Virus record (IMG/VR): IMGVR_UViG_3300020214_000005 | Span: 33,936-97,935 of that record | Strand: one strand, 5' to 3' | DNA: 64,000 bases | Source of the DNA: a virus | Shown: one piece after another, positions 37,901 through 45,300 of the stretch | Layout: each line of letters starts with the position of its first letter | Position numbering within the stretch: the stretch's first letter is position 1 | Notes under the pieces: model-generated | What the model saw: only the letters and a program-made list of their open reading frames with translations | Database searches by the model: none | Told to the model about the DNA's origin: nothing | Translations under genes and position numbers: made by a program

Positions 37901-40877
37901 ACTCGACGGCATCGGTTGAGACACCAGCAAAGGGGTTCCTGAAGACGGGCGGTTGGCCCCCGGATGCGGCGGGGAAGGTCGTGTCGGCCACGTCCTTGAG
38001 TCCGTCGACGTCGGCAAACGGGATGTTGGCTCCCGCCGCCCTAACCTTCTCCCTCCAGGAGTCCAAATCGTCGGGGTTGTAGGCGGCGTTCGGGTTCTCC
38101 AACGAGCGCACGAGCCGCAAAACCTCGTCGTAGAGCATAACGGTGTCCGCGTCGGACACGCGCTTCCTGGCAGGCGGCGGAGCAACGGACGGTTCTGGTG
38201 CCACCCCCGGTTCCATGGTCGGCTCTATCTGATCGTCCGGCCCGGCGCCCATGCCGGCCTCCGGTTGCCTGTCGCCGGCGATGATCCTGCGGGCCAGTCT
38301 GCCGACGGTTCGCGAGGGGATGTCGCCGGTTCTCAGGAAGAACTGCGTGTTTTCGTCGTCCATGTTGTAGGAAATTTCCTCGAGCGCGTCTGTGAACATG
38401 CTCGCAAGACGCGGACGCTTGCTCTCGTCGGGCAAATCCTCAACTATCTTGTTCATCATCTCGGCGAGGTCTTCGTAGAATGCCGCGATCGTTTCCTGAT
38501 CGAATTTGAATTGTTCGGCGGTGGCCAGGAAGGTCTCCGCTATGTCCACCACCGGACCCTCTGGATCGTTTTCGATCCTGCCCAACAAGTCGTCTGGCAA
38601 GGCGTCGTCCAGGAGCTCGCTCGTCCTCGACATCAGCTTCCTTTGCATGCGCATCCTCGGCGTGCCCCCGATCGCGGGGCGTAAAGAGCCCGGTTCATCC
38701 GCCAAAGATTCCCTGATGTCCTGTCGCACAAGTCTCGCGGCGTCCATTCCCGCCTCGCCGCCGCTGGACACCTCCGGGAATATTCCCCTCTTGTGCGAGG
38801 TCACCGAGCGCGGAACCGAGTATCCAGGAAGGACGGTGAGGCTCCACAGGGCGACCTCGTCCATGATGTTCATGACGCTGTCCTCCTCGGCTGGCGTCGG
38901 GGCAATCTTGGCCGCTGCCGACAGAACCACGCCGATGGATTTCAGGAGCCCCATCTTTTTGCCGGGGTCGAAGATTGACTCGAGGTTCATCGGATCAAAC
39001 TCGTCAAGAGCCAGGTCCATGTCGTCCCTGCTCCTCCAGCCCTCGCTGGCGTAGTCATCCAACCTCAGGGAGCCAAACTCTATTTTTTCCTTGAAAACGT
39101 CAATTAGTTCCGCCGCCTCATCGAGGAGTTCGGGGTAGGCGAAGTCGACAAATCTAGCCAAATTGGCTGAATTTGCCGCCGGCGCACCGTAGCGGATCTT
39201 GTAGCGCTGAATCGAGTCGCGGATTTTGTTCGCTATCGGCGACCAGTCCCCGCTCTTCCTGCGACGCTTCGGGTAGTTCCTGCCGTAACGGAAGGAGAAG
39301 TTGCCCATCGCGGCCATAGCCTCGTCCCCCGAAACCATCGCCTCGGACACTCGGGCCACCGCCTTGCGGGACGCACTCCATGTGGAATCGTTCTCCGTGG
39401 CGTTGGCTATCAGGTCCCTCGCGACCATGAGCAACTTGTTGCCTGATCTGGCTGTGGACACGGATCCGTCGTATGCCGCGGACAATCTGTCCCGGTTCGC
39501 CCCGACCAGCGACGAAAAAATCGCCGCCGTCTCCGAGGCGTTGCTACCGACGAGTTCGTCGACAGCGTTCATCAACTCGGGGGAGTCCGAACCGTTGGCT
39601 ATGGCGGACAGGTGGTAATCCTTCGCCCTCAAAAGATGGACCGCCACCTCGAACGGGTCGTGGTCTATTCTCGTCGCCCAGGAACCGACCGGCCTCAGTT
39701 TTTTCTTGGCCGATCTCGCCGCCGTTATCATGACACGCGGATTCACCGCCAGAAAATCCTCAACCGATTCGGGGGACATCCCGAGGATCGCTCTCGCCAC
39801 CCTGGGCAACCTGCCCTCCTCCACGAGGGCCACCAGTTGGGCAACGTACGGGGAGCCCGTTGGGGCGACAAAATTCCGCAAACTCGATTGGTTGCTTAGT
39901 GCCTGGTGGAGGAGCGATGCGTTGAGCGAACCGAGTCCGTCGGCTCCGCCCGCCGCTATCAGTCTTGCCGCCGCGCCGTCTGAGCTCGTCGGAGCGCTGA
40001 TCCTTGACGCGTCAAACACGTCGAGAATGCCGGTCGGTATGCCGATCAGGTCCAATCGGTTTCGTGTGATCAGGTCTTCGTCCACCAAATCCCGTGGGGT
40101 CTTTTGGGGCTTTCTCGTGTCGGGCTCACCGAAGCCCGTGGCGGCCCTCACCCTCCTGATGACTTCGTCAATGGGTACCGCGCGCGCGGCGTCCGATGGC
40201 GACGGGCCGGCAATCGTTTCCGCGTCGGGAACGTTGATTACCTGGTCCCTCACCCTCCCCGTGCGCCGTCTGATGCTTGGTCGTCTTACCGTTGGGCCAA
40301 TCTCGAGTGAGGACGGTCTGGGCATGCGCTCCATCGTCCGTCTCGGTTTCCCGCCCGGTATTTCGGCAGATGGAAGGTTGGGGCTGTCGGGCACGAGGGA
40401 TTGTATAAGGTTCGACCCCGGGGTCGGGTCGGGGATCCCCCGCCCCATGTTGATCATCGGCAGACCCTCCAGGACCAGGCCGTCGAGGTCGGCGTCGATG
40501 GCGGTGAATGGGTTGAGGTTGACATTCCCGTCGACGAACCCGACGGTCGCCCCAAGCGCCTTTGTCTTGACGTCGTCAGGGAAGGCCGCCTTCACCATCC
40601 TTCTGCGTCGCCTTCTCGACGAAACGTCCTGTCCGGTCACCTTCCTGTAATCCGACTCGTTGCTGCACGGCATCCAGACCGTTCCGCCGGTCGTGGAGCT
40701 GTACTGACGTATCCCTATGCAACCCAGCATCCGGGCTCGGGCGCGGGCCGATTCCTTGTCAACGTATGCGTCAAAATTGTCCGGACGGACCTGCCGCGGA
40801 CCGAAAGAGAAACCCTTGGTCTCCATTTCGTCCTGCGAAATGGGGCAACAATCGCCCTGCTCGGTTGAATCGTCCAT
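25959..40877 (-). CDS. 4972-aa polyvalent protein: DUF3721-like N-terminus, DxDxDG tag, HTHs, Clp-N, NUDIX and zeta-toxin-like P-loop kinase modules
   Basis: ARMLGC.G...WMPC; HLLLG...DLILAIL double repeat; GG..D.GE....A.RE..EE.G Nudix box; GGGSGTGKST, DPD, YDTS; 10 EAGM linkers. Confidence 0.88.
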   Translation of the reverse strand: MDDSTEQGDCCPISQDEMETKGFSFGPRQVRPDNFDAYVDKESARARARMLGCIGIRQYSSTTGGTVWMPCSNESDYRKVTGQDVSSRRRRRRMVKAAFPDDVKTKALGATVGFVDGNVNLNPFTAIDADLDGLVLEGLPMINMGRGIPDPTPGSNLIQSLVPDSPNLPSAEIPGGKPRRTMERMPRPSSLEIGPTVRRPSIRRRTGRVRDQVINVPDAETIAGPSPSDAARAVPIDEVIRRVRAATGFGEPDTRKPQKTPRDLVDEDLITRNRLDLIGIPTGILDVFDASRISAPTSSDGAAARLIAAGGADGLGSLNASLLHQALSNQSSLRNFVAPTGSPYVAQLVALVEEGRLPRVARAILGMSPESVEDFLAVNPRVMITAARSAKKKLRPVGSWATRIDHDPFEVAVHLLRAKDYHLSAIANGSDSPELMNAVDELVGSNASETAAIFSSLVGANRDRLSAAYDGSVSTARSGNKLLMVARDLIANATENDSTWSASRKAVARVSEAMVSGDEAMAAMGNFSFRYGRNYPKRRRKSGDWSPIANKIRDSIQRYKIRYGAPAANSANLARFVDFAYPELLDEAAELIDVFKEKIEFGSLRLDDYASEGWRSRDDMDLALDEFDPMNLESIFDPGKKMGLLKSIGVVLSAAAKIAPTPAEEDSVMNIMDEVALWSLTVLPGYSVPRSVTSHKRGIFPEVSSGGEAGMDAARLVRQDIRESLADEPGSLRPAIGGTPRMRMQRKLMSRTSELLDDALPDDLLGRIENDPEGPVVDIAETFLATAEQFKFDQETIAAFYEDLAEMMNKIVEDLPDESKRPRLASMFTDALEEISYNMDDENTQFFLRTGDIPSRTVGRLARRIIAGDRQPEAGMGAGPDDQIEPTMEPGVAPEPSVAPPPARKRVSDADTVMLYDEVLRLVRSLENPNAAYNPDDLDSWREKVRAAGANIPFADVDGLKDVADTTFPAASGGQPPVFRNPFAGVSTDAVESIDDILDIVLDEVGVGAGDKTEKVVSNLKRLMGVRDSADFHSLVRSLSAKNGLASGADISEQLMGNSYLTDSAIRNKVTGRFPDFYDMIDLPKPVDGAEAGMVGPTMDGIRGRVVAERRARELSRVATLSDEGDYAMRAVEVRRRRLLGMAEPGGFLDFITRGVTDQRSPFYMRSAASQMGGLEPYIDRLSDSQINEMWKSVADFVSQARLDMTEGGLNSPYAVMYNAAKMTMALDEPELMAESAENFTDAELLQNLNVNLWEDLLPAEGELTVTPSDIDAVSPVKAKARAALQALALDRGRLIELITGETPAPKTSDRMSGVRGEYIPTPVHMAQLAMADAITPLDSESLVAFVASLNDAQLTSLSAAQILTPEAKELTENELRAISFATVARKLLGVRQLADREPAENRFFGDQVRRVLGDESVSVPVRDLVSAILAKDDSAVSRALAKMEPNEENVASLVNVLWEMGRNSQGTFIVPLLPPKIADAERLTSLRAKAIGVLRSQRDGGRRMARDVIDRFPKEGRGYEMVQVVTEPADGQAAMPNLAELLRTYDGSPDSAAKIIGALSDAQLERLRDNYIIPSILQRMDRQAYEARLEQGPIAQTRAKIDNLGRRMMMLTFGTEGSKRTFDDVLSRTDEALAGAFGEKILEPSLLTPQERQHYSEIIDYFFSGGSETFDDPAEYGAAARARRIAEAETDGEVLSWGEFRSGALPDSEANFNRYMGIGAEAGMALGDQQGNNENLDLPEETAVALFGKDDYDLIRSGDYTSGDTTVPRISVPEENDYAMKALAAFFRAQEGDVPDEIAIRQRKDGSYSASQLIFQALQNATLDLIRRMPNAPFDFPDGPYVVRDDQNKARANFFLAALKEYLLLHMTLGEDMFPIEDIRHGRDPVRYSFNITRDDFQMSVGDDLLNYKLNYDPGQPNNSIRQDQAGEFTGDPSEHPAVKAIGKSIDQHKRLFPSFHDWLSQANRYSRILGGQHYEKDPSKYGFFITEEVMSDPGSMDLDKVVREVADQFLKIGSDYPLHKQQPRLLQDVEDLGPDPDIVSPFPSLESYPDPNTIANLGISKDKLAKQKKIANSSAKASDVARQSWWGMFTSGNLMDEYEIAAVAKTTDGDNFHPDAILTGLRKWARDNNISDAQFKSLYSAAQAAAKARFNSVALTKINNVLNDIALNSTGGIRGEIHRLDQRLRHLEQHWKMLSVNYQDRIRARIQATYSAWGVLLDSYNRHRDQLFRQSARGEITPQQAVDEIQKFYFTIQPAIYQATNLIADLSRETEASARARAINEIERGEIEERIEEIRAAAKLTGRDAEAGMRLVRGVNNALSHLADDPSGLSDEPAGGMSVGRTRFGIVGTERIQIPDKRVLLSTKEKRLAAEIAKVNEILSRVNVDEMERIPDIRTAMATLRRGKPDRVVPQMRFGSPAEIEQAKSTAVLMMIADAEADATTRKIMGARYKRFSELAINSLPSLTKRIIEDVMVDGIADAMQANGVKEADIDAALVMYAEAIRNAKYFAIFNPVSATARLFGVEPEDVSDAIATETLLSKTSNILRMAQSYASGLSGAYSEASVRRMTDNRFPELRNLGPLYLDSIFTPKGSSDRATQKLNSAISLNNLMRLNPRSIPVAFGVSDDVAQLISASAPPRRILSDMHNPLPFDWNFMTFRDRQTWLGSEEAFNSLGRMGVNDELSKLQKQIEDFGSMDGPYPALARMISGNDTTTGAFGGQLITANGRSPIYASRGLERADMVRNGQNQISALASVVPGISQMSDRALSRFLGAPLEVIAEFRRDGAAVSPTEAERLARAFGRTASEVWPSDIPQSDADAGNFYWLASTWDRSGEVVAAINEGSDPFAAAAEMPNGQFVADKVSELLNDGTIDRFYDQIGLEEITQEDAAAFASSIAPRSRKGVVEILAASGFREQDIIDATGFNPNTVRNSLHELRKQGLLPEVVGSPKWIAKNGDAVMADFSSGVSKRALMKKYGIGAKTLDSILASARGSARMDDAYDSYGGAEAGMANRRLPDNTPMSDGPSANWREDRPTRADGTSVDPELQMPPAIVADPFINPGSPASLGVDGEAKDPERMQMLGRVISLWTSFALEGGYLDNTTGDETTHDAIFGSTRDHLDDLASEDVDIGMLGDVAQGDAGKMRAKRFRNFDIATRQENSTFPLFGFDTVPSVIRGEFLGTGLYRGIMPMLRGMLQAIYDKWFRRLSPDSDRISSESVEVGTDTLIEGVASGILPAPEIPEDVNDELRLKLWQMKQIMRNPNLVDAPPMFEPGDEKVMRLLIPMMAATDERNLLRSKFGATPTGTIDQPSDQIAPSTTEGTMAWEAGSNTDLPLLQGVPMFSNLLLGSVLEGNAEAKKIVDNLTPRQIMMANWVYGMYTAVEPMVDAFGSIMPKNPYITASPNIPEEPGSERMLGDPLYIPTREMDDQVFAFTFDSLFKALQEVAEQPGLLLMEALPTEAWSSLYPSSGGEAARQATQMIESTKILARILADVLATSIYRKAVQSIAARDKRKISPFHTPLTTSSDPFGDNDTDWFRFARPRVDSYGYWSMYGPNIVYSGPDGNPYLPGWNDETNPITEPGAASSALTPEALAAERESLRELQRVIDETPGKYWWETASAYGELGDDQILEMHPEEFADYVSSMIAFEDAALVEEKPSQLLKRAFGRLLGMGYPVAELDRFDEWIGPIIKGIPAGTVTKDAVLRQLKNIFPWLDLDRMDDIYPVTGKSFSESINAMKEMFITSPLEVITMFGGKPHLTLAHTILSRPDGPESNDFRNNFMIPLIKGILQTHRSNMEIGYRQVAAFKNGLDTMRVGIGMRQTDFQTQMYVIEQLLNTLRESGSINDETHLKLAEEVARAHVHSLFGDLEFGQTVVEKIHDDQDGWVTFLGIIARHTGADGADDVRQLTPEQSEFLTRYNRYYAEAQDTLGTLFEQHIRSGIYGSVKTLGEAVREMEPFILATERARKRRILLPRYKREMIDPIKDSLLSDDERFAKLLTFNEWLDANGFPELTYDRGDRGTGAEAGMSALTRMVMARFTNDTVFSIVEAYEDAAKSGSPDVNAGHLLLGAWRYVMTHPETGTYLTALRRLNISVENMINALQGVTTPKDGPSPKPTKWTKAAHRALIGALKASSQRGNEFIDLGDLILAILNDRLRGNENDDGVKQALRSKNISPDVIEATIATARVLSGMPLSPEAGMSPSRARTNSTDRSDDLKRNKLLANGMWFNSDRRISVAVGTATDGELVDEVERLMDIYSLMAASNEISPVDFRGGESPFSADAVRPTNSRLIFGDNGQEPADLLGAIRHAMDRADAMVTDNSEQTRLTKLKSSMRLYFDNDEHMPDETDDAEAGMARNFADMIEPIVGNFARSEEVDQRRYFEGVYGDVDMSESELRKVADNISMGSPFNIFHNLDYTEDDINWSTSNWSFNKDAIYVEGADSVMIRMRDLDLRTAEIAMITRKSGPYRNALALVGGLKDDGEDLMTTATRETFEEVGVSLENALQADYLGAMEAPDWDPRFVNGVRVGAGMFVVPWDTQLVAASDASGARWVPLSEIAAGQHRLAFGHAEWIRRAVANLQNDPSSDPYGDLSLSINRRLGMLARAARVRNQKMIAQINDIRRATGRKLFLGSNKMPHPLMPWGNRVAASTWRFGPGAEAGMSDKPIDDSLPRELGLLSVQSKMPPSHLEKGSDTAGFYRVGTSRGGDDLFAAWGDKDRVEQLWRPYVELSLERARRGDIPNDQQRPTAYILGGGSGTGKSTARNMGLAGIPNYDSAIVADPDDAKIMMPETRLWYARRLESASGLVHRESRQVAAVMARAATEEGLDLVYDTSGQFNDGFQDLVDWRKKGYNIVGHYFFAPLPVIQKRVLNREDQFGRHVPEGIVEQIQWNLQQILPIIIERQLFDELYIWDSEKDPTKPLLVGQMLLGQLGAPQILQIKHPYLLRYLYKDRTAPDGSKIEVRKTQTITIPFSGR

Positions 40878-40950
40878 TTTTCCCGTTCACTCGCGCTCTG
40901 GGCGCGCTTTTAGTACCGATAAGAATACCCCAACAGGAGCATTCGCAGAG

Positions 40951-41901
40951 TTAGTCGGCCAAAAACCGGGATGTTGTCAATACTTGTTTGACTTCGGTCG
41001 CAATTTTTTGGTAGCGCGAGGCTTGGGATTTCGAGGTGAGGCCAAGATTCGGGGTCGAGACGATCTCGGATGGACCCCGTTCGGTCAGTTTTTCCCATCT
41101 TTTGCCCCTCTTGCGGCGCCTGCTCCGCGGTCCCCTGCCATCCATCTCGGAAAATCTTTCCATCACGAGGGTCTTCTTCACGATGATCGGAAAATCTGAT
41201 TTCACGAGATTCTTTCTCGCCTGCGCGGCCGCGTCGGTGTTCGCGACGAACTGGCGACCGCGTTTGCCGCCCTGGACCTTCTTCCTGTTCGTCGCGGCCC
41301 TCTGGGCGGGCGTGAGCCTCGACCAAACCTTGGCTGGCAGGTAGCGTCTGGTTCCTCCCTGGCGGATTGCTGGCTTGCCGTCGGACGTGGTCCATTTCTC
41401 CTCGGCCCACTTTGATAGAGAGCGTTGTCTCTTGTTCTTCTTGCCCCTGTAGCCACCGCCGCGTTTCTTATACTCCCGGGTCACCAGCTGGGCTTTCCGG
41501 GCCGACCATTGCCCCGGTTTGCCCCCTTGCGAGCTGGTCATGATTCGCTTCTTGATGCTCTCCCTCATCGCCGGCTTGGTGTAGTTGTCGGCGGATTTGT
41601 TTTCTCCGAACTCGGGGGGCTTCACGTCGAAGGGTTTCACGCCCCTCTTTTTCCTACCGTTCATGTCGACGTTCACGGCGGGTCCGCCGATCGGGCCGTT
41701 GCCTGAGTGCACGTCTTTCTCGTTCCTATTCAGCCAGTCGTCGTCCTCGGCCGCCGACGATAGACGATTCAAGGTCTCGGCGTCGGCGCATGGGAGCCAG
41801 TTCCCCGAGTCGTCCTGGTGCGCACCCCTGCATCCCATGTATCGAGCTATCTTCAGCGCATCGTCCCTGGACGCCCCCTTCTTCACACCAAACCACCCCA
41901 C
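40951..41901 (-). CDS. DUF3721-like plus DUF5872-like protein
   Basis: ARYMGCRGAH...WLPC; NYTKP.MRE.IK...GGKPGQWSARKAQL...GGGY...RYLP. Confidence 0.7.
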   Translation of the reverse strand: MGWFGVKKGASRDDALKIARYMGCRGAHQDDSGNWLPCADAETLNRLSSAAEDDDWLNRNEKDVHSGNGPIGGPAVNVDMNGRKKRGVKPFDVKPPEFGENKSADNYTKPAMRESIKKRIMTSSQGGKPGQWSARKAQLVTREYKKRGGGYRGKKNKRQRSLSKWAEEKWTTSDGKPAIRQGGTRRYLPAKVWSRLTPAQRAATNRKKVQGGKRGRQFVANTDAAAQARKNLVKSDFPIIVKKTLVMERFSEMDGRGPRSRRRKRGKRWEKLTERGPSEIVSTPNLGLTSKSQASRYQKIATEVKQVLTTSRFLAD

Positions 41902-42308
41902 GGCAACTGCTCATCGGCGAACATCACCCATTCCTTGGCGAACCGGTTGTAATCGCTAGCCGTTTGAGACTTCACGGACTCTTCAGATAGGCCCGCGTCC
42001 CTGTACCCGCGGGCGATGACCTCCCGAGCAGCCTCCTCCGGCGAGTAGCCCAGGGACCTCCAGGCGCGAGCCTCAACGAGTTCTTCGGAGTACGCCTGAA
42101 GGACGGCATCAAAGGAGTCGTAGGGTTTGTTCTTTTTCACGAATTCGTCGAATTCCTTCGAGAGCACCAACACGAAGTCGTTCTCCTTAGCGTTCGTGGG
42201 GATGCTGAAGGGCGGGAATCTTGCGTCTTCGGCGACGGACTTGAAATCGTCCAGCACTTCGTGCATCTCGGCCTCGGTCATGTGGTTTGTTTTGAATCTG
42301 TCGCTCAT
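41883..42308 (-). CDS. 141-aa acidic protein coupled to the 1869-aa ORF
   Basis: ATGA overlap. Confidence 0.65.
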   Translation of the reverse strand: MSDRFKTNHMTEAEMHEVLDDFKSVAEDARFPPFSIPTNAKENDFVLVLSKEFDEFVKKNKPYDSFDAVLQAYSEELVEARAWRSLGYSPEEAAREVIARGYRDAGLSEESVKSQTASDYNRFAKEWVMFADEQLPWGGLV

Positions 42309-45300
42309 GTTTCGTCCTGCGCCGTCGTTCCAAAATCAGGGTCGTCGATCCATCTTTGGTAGTATGGGTTCCAGACCTTGGACGGGTCGTCTGGTTTACG
42401 AATCTGCGGGTTGCGTATGAGAGAATATATCTCCGCCTCGGCGGCCTGTGTGACCGGTTTGTGTAGCATCACCAACGCGGTTCTGTTGAGAACCATAATG
42501 TGGTCACCGATCACGGATGGCCTAAATAAGGCGACCGGGTTCTGGGTCATAGGAAGGTCACCGCCGGATTGATACACATCCACGCCGAACAGCATCCCCA
42601 TAGTCACCTCGTCGTTCCAGAACGATAGGATCTCCTGCGCGCTGACGAGGTTCGCCAGTCTTTCGTTCCATGGCACCTTCCCCTCGGCTTTCAGTTTTGC
42701 CATCTCCATGGATTTCAAAACTTCCAGTTGAACCATCCACCCGAAAATTTGCATTCTCGTGGCCCTCCACCACTGCTTGCCGTACAGTGGATCGGCCTGG
42801 GCGTCCACTCTGGCCCCCCGTTCAGAGTCCCAACTGAACTCGTTGTCGTTTCTCGAGAACAGGTCCTCGGAGATCGTCAGCAGGATCTTGGCCAGGTCGC
42901 GTATGGCCTCGGGATCCGCCGTGTCAACTTGCGGGATGGTGATGCCTTTTGCTCTGGCGTGCGATTCTAGTGTCGCGCCCCCGATTTGGCCTCGGTGGGC
43001 ACCGACGCTCTTTTTGCCGTAGGGCACGAAATAACCGTGGGCCGTGAGGGACCGGTTTGATCTGTAGAACGGGTTGGCCATGTTATCGTGCGACCAGTCG
43101 GGGTCGTTGTCGGCGTCGAGGTCTATCGGCATGGTTTTCTCGATGCCCGAAAAGTGGGTTATTGCGCTGAAGAAGGCCCCGTACATCTCTAAGAGCTGCC
43201 CGTGAATGGCGCTCATCCTGTCTTTATTCTCTATCCGAGTGGTGCGAGGAATCAATGCGAGGACGATGTCCCCGGAAGGGTCTCTCCCCCCGTAGTTCAA
43301 CATGCCCGCTCTTCGCGCAAAGTTGATTCCGGACCCCCCGTGTTCGCCACCCTCACCGACGATGTATAACGGTCCTTTTATGAGTTCCGCGGCCATCTGG
43401 TTCGTCGTCATGGGCGGTTTAGCCATTGCGATCCCCCTGCGCATCTCTACGAAGTTCATCACCCACTGATCGCCGCTGACTGGAGGGACGGTGACTTCTT
43501 TCAGCATTGTTGATCCGGCGAGCAGCTCGAATTCATCTTCGGTAACCAATATTGGCCGCCCCTTGGCCCCCGTCGCCCAATATATGGCGTTGTGGAGGGC
43601 GTTCCTCTGGGGGTTGCCCATATGATGGCGCCCGAGGACCTCCTGAAGCGGCCTTTGTGTCTCTGGGTCTTTCAATTCTTCCACCGCCATGTTTATCAAA
43701 GCGAGGGTGCTGATCGCTTCTTCGCTCAATTCAGCTAGCTCGATCGGGTCGTCCGACGTCAGCGTTCGGGGAATGTGCGGGAGGAAGCCCAGGGTGGTGT
43801 GACGCTCGACCATGCCCAAAATTTCATCTACCCCTCGAGGCGGGAGCGGGGTGCCGTCGAGGTTGACTGGCGGAATTAGTAGGCTCTCCTCCAGGCCTGC
43901 CACGTTTCTCAAACCCGACTGGACCGCGCGCTTTCGCAGGCGCCCCATCTCGTTCACCACCCTTGCTGTCCCGGCGCTTTTTTGTCGCACCGAGTCCTCG
44001 ACCTTGTGCATATTGTTCTCGAATATGTCGGCAAGAATGGTCTCCAGCGATTCCAGCATCTCGCCCGCGAGGATGAACTCCCTGCGCGGTCTCGGGCTCC
44101 TGCTTGCCGCCCCTTTGACGTTCCTCCATTTATTGAGGGCGTCCCGGCGCCTCTCCCTCGCTTGGTCGTAGGCGTTTCGCACCGCTTCAAAGGCCGCGAA
44201 CCAGTCGTTGGGGTGGTCCGTCGACAGGGCCTTGTTGACGGCTAGCGCTATCTCCTGTACTTGGGTGAGGTTGTCGCGGTAAGCCAGATGCTTCATGGAA
44301 AAGTTGTCGGGGTGCCTCCAGAGCACGACCATCTTGCGGACCCGTGGTTTCGCATCAGCTGCCATTCCCGGGATCAACGTTTGGAAATCGTCCGAAGGGT
44401 CTTCCGCCGCGAAGATGCTGCTCAGAATAGCGGAGCGGTAGTAGCGATTAAAATCGTATCCCTTGAGATGCTCGGGGAGCAAGCTAGTATCAGGGATGTT
44501 CATCCCCTCCCGGGCATTGGTTGCGTTGGCCCGTGGCGATCGTGCCTGGGTTGCGCGCGATTGAAATTCGAGGAAATTCGCTGGCCTGCCCGCCGCCACG
44601 TAGCCCACGGCGATGTCCGGCCTTCCTATGTAGTTGAGGTAGCTCTCTATGGGGTCAGAGCCCTCAGGGATGTCGACGACGTCGAGCATTTGAAGCTTTT
44701 GTTTTTCGCCTTGGGGGATCGCGTTGTTCAGTGTCGATGTGTTCAGCAGAAGCAGGGCGGCTTGACGAAAGCTGTTCGTGGACTTGCCTGGCAAGACCCC
44801 GGGGGCGTAGTAAATCTTCGTCCCGAGAAGGTCCTTTGCTAGCTCTTCGTCAATGTTGAATACCCTGGCCAGCACCTCGGTCACTGTTAATTTTTGGGGT
44901 CCTTCGTCGGATAGCCCGTACTTTCTCCCCGTGTCGTCTTTTGACGGCGTTATGGATGGGTAGCTCACGAGGTCTGGCAATTTTTTCGATGACTGCACCG
45001 GTCCCAGCGCGTCGGCGATGGAGATCTGGCTGTTAATCGAGATCGGCACCTGCGAGTAATCCGTCAGGTAGTTGCCCGTAACGGGGTCCCTGTAGAGCCC
45101 GAGGCTGGGTTCAAAGACGTAGAACACGTCGTCTATCAGCAGCGAGTTGGTAAGGTCGTACTGGTTCGGCCTGCCGAACGACGACAGGGGCTTCGTTTCC
45201 TGCGTTCCGTCTTCCAGCGTCGTCGTGACGACTCGGTTGGTGGCGTCCACGACCACGGAGACGGGCGTCTTGGTTGCCTCGCCGAAGTCTCCGAGCCTGC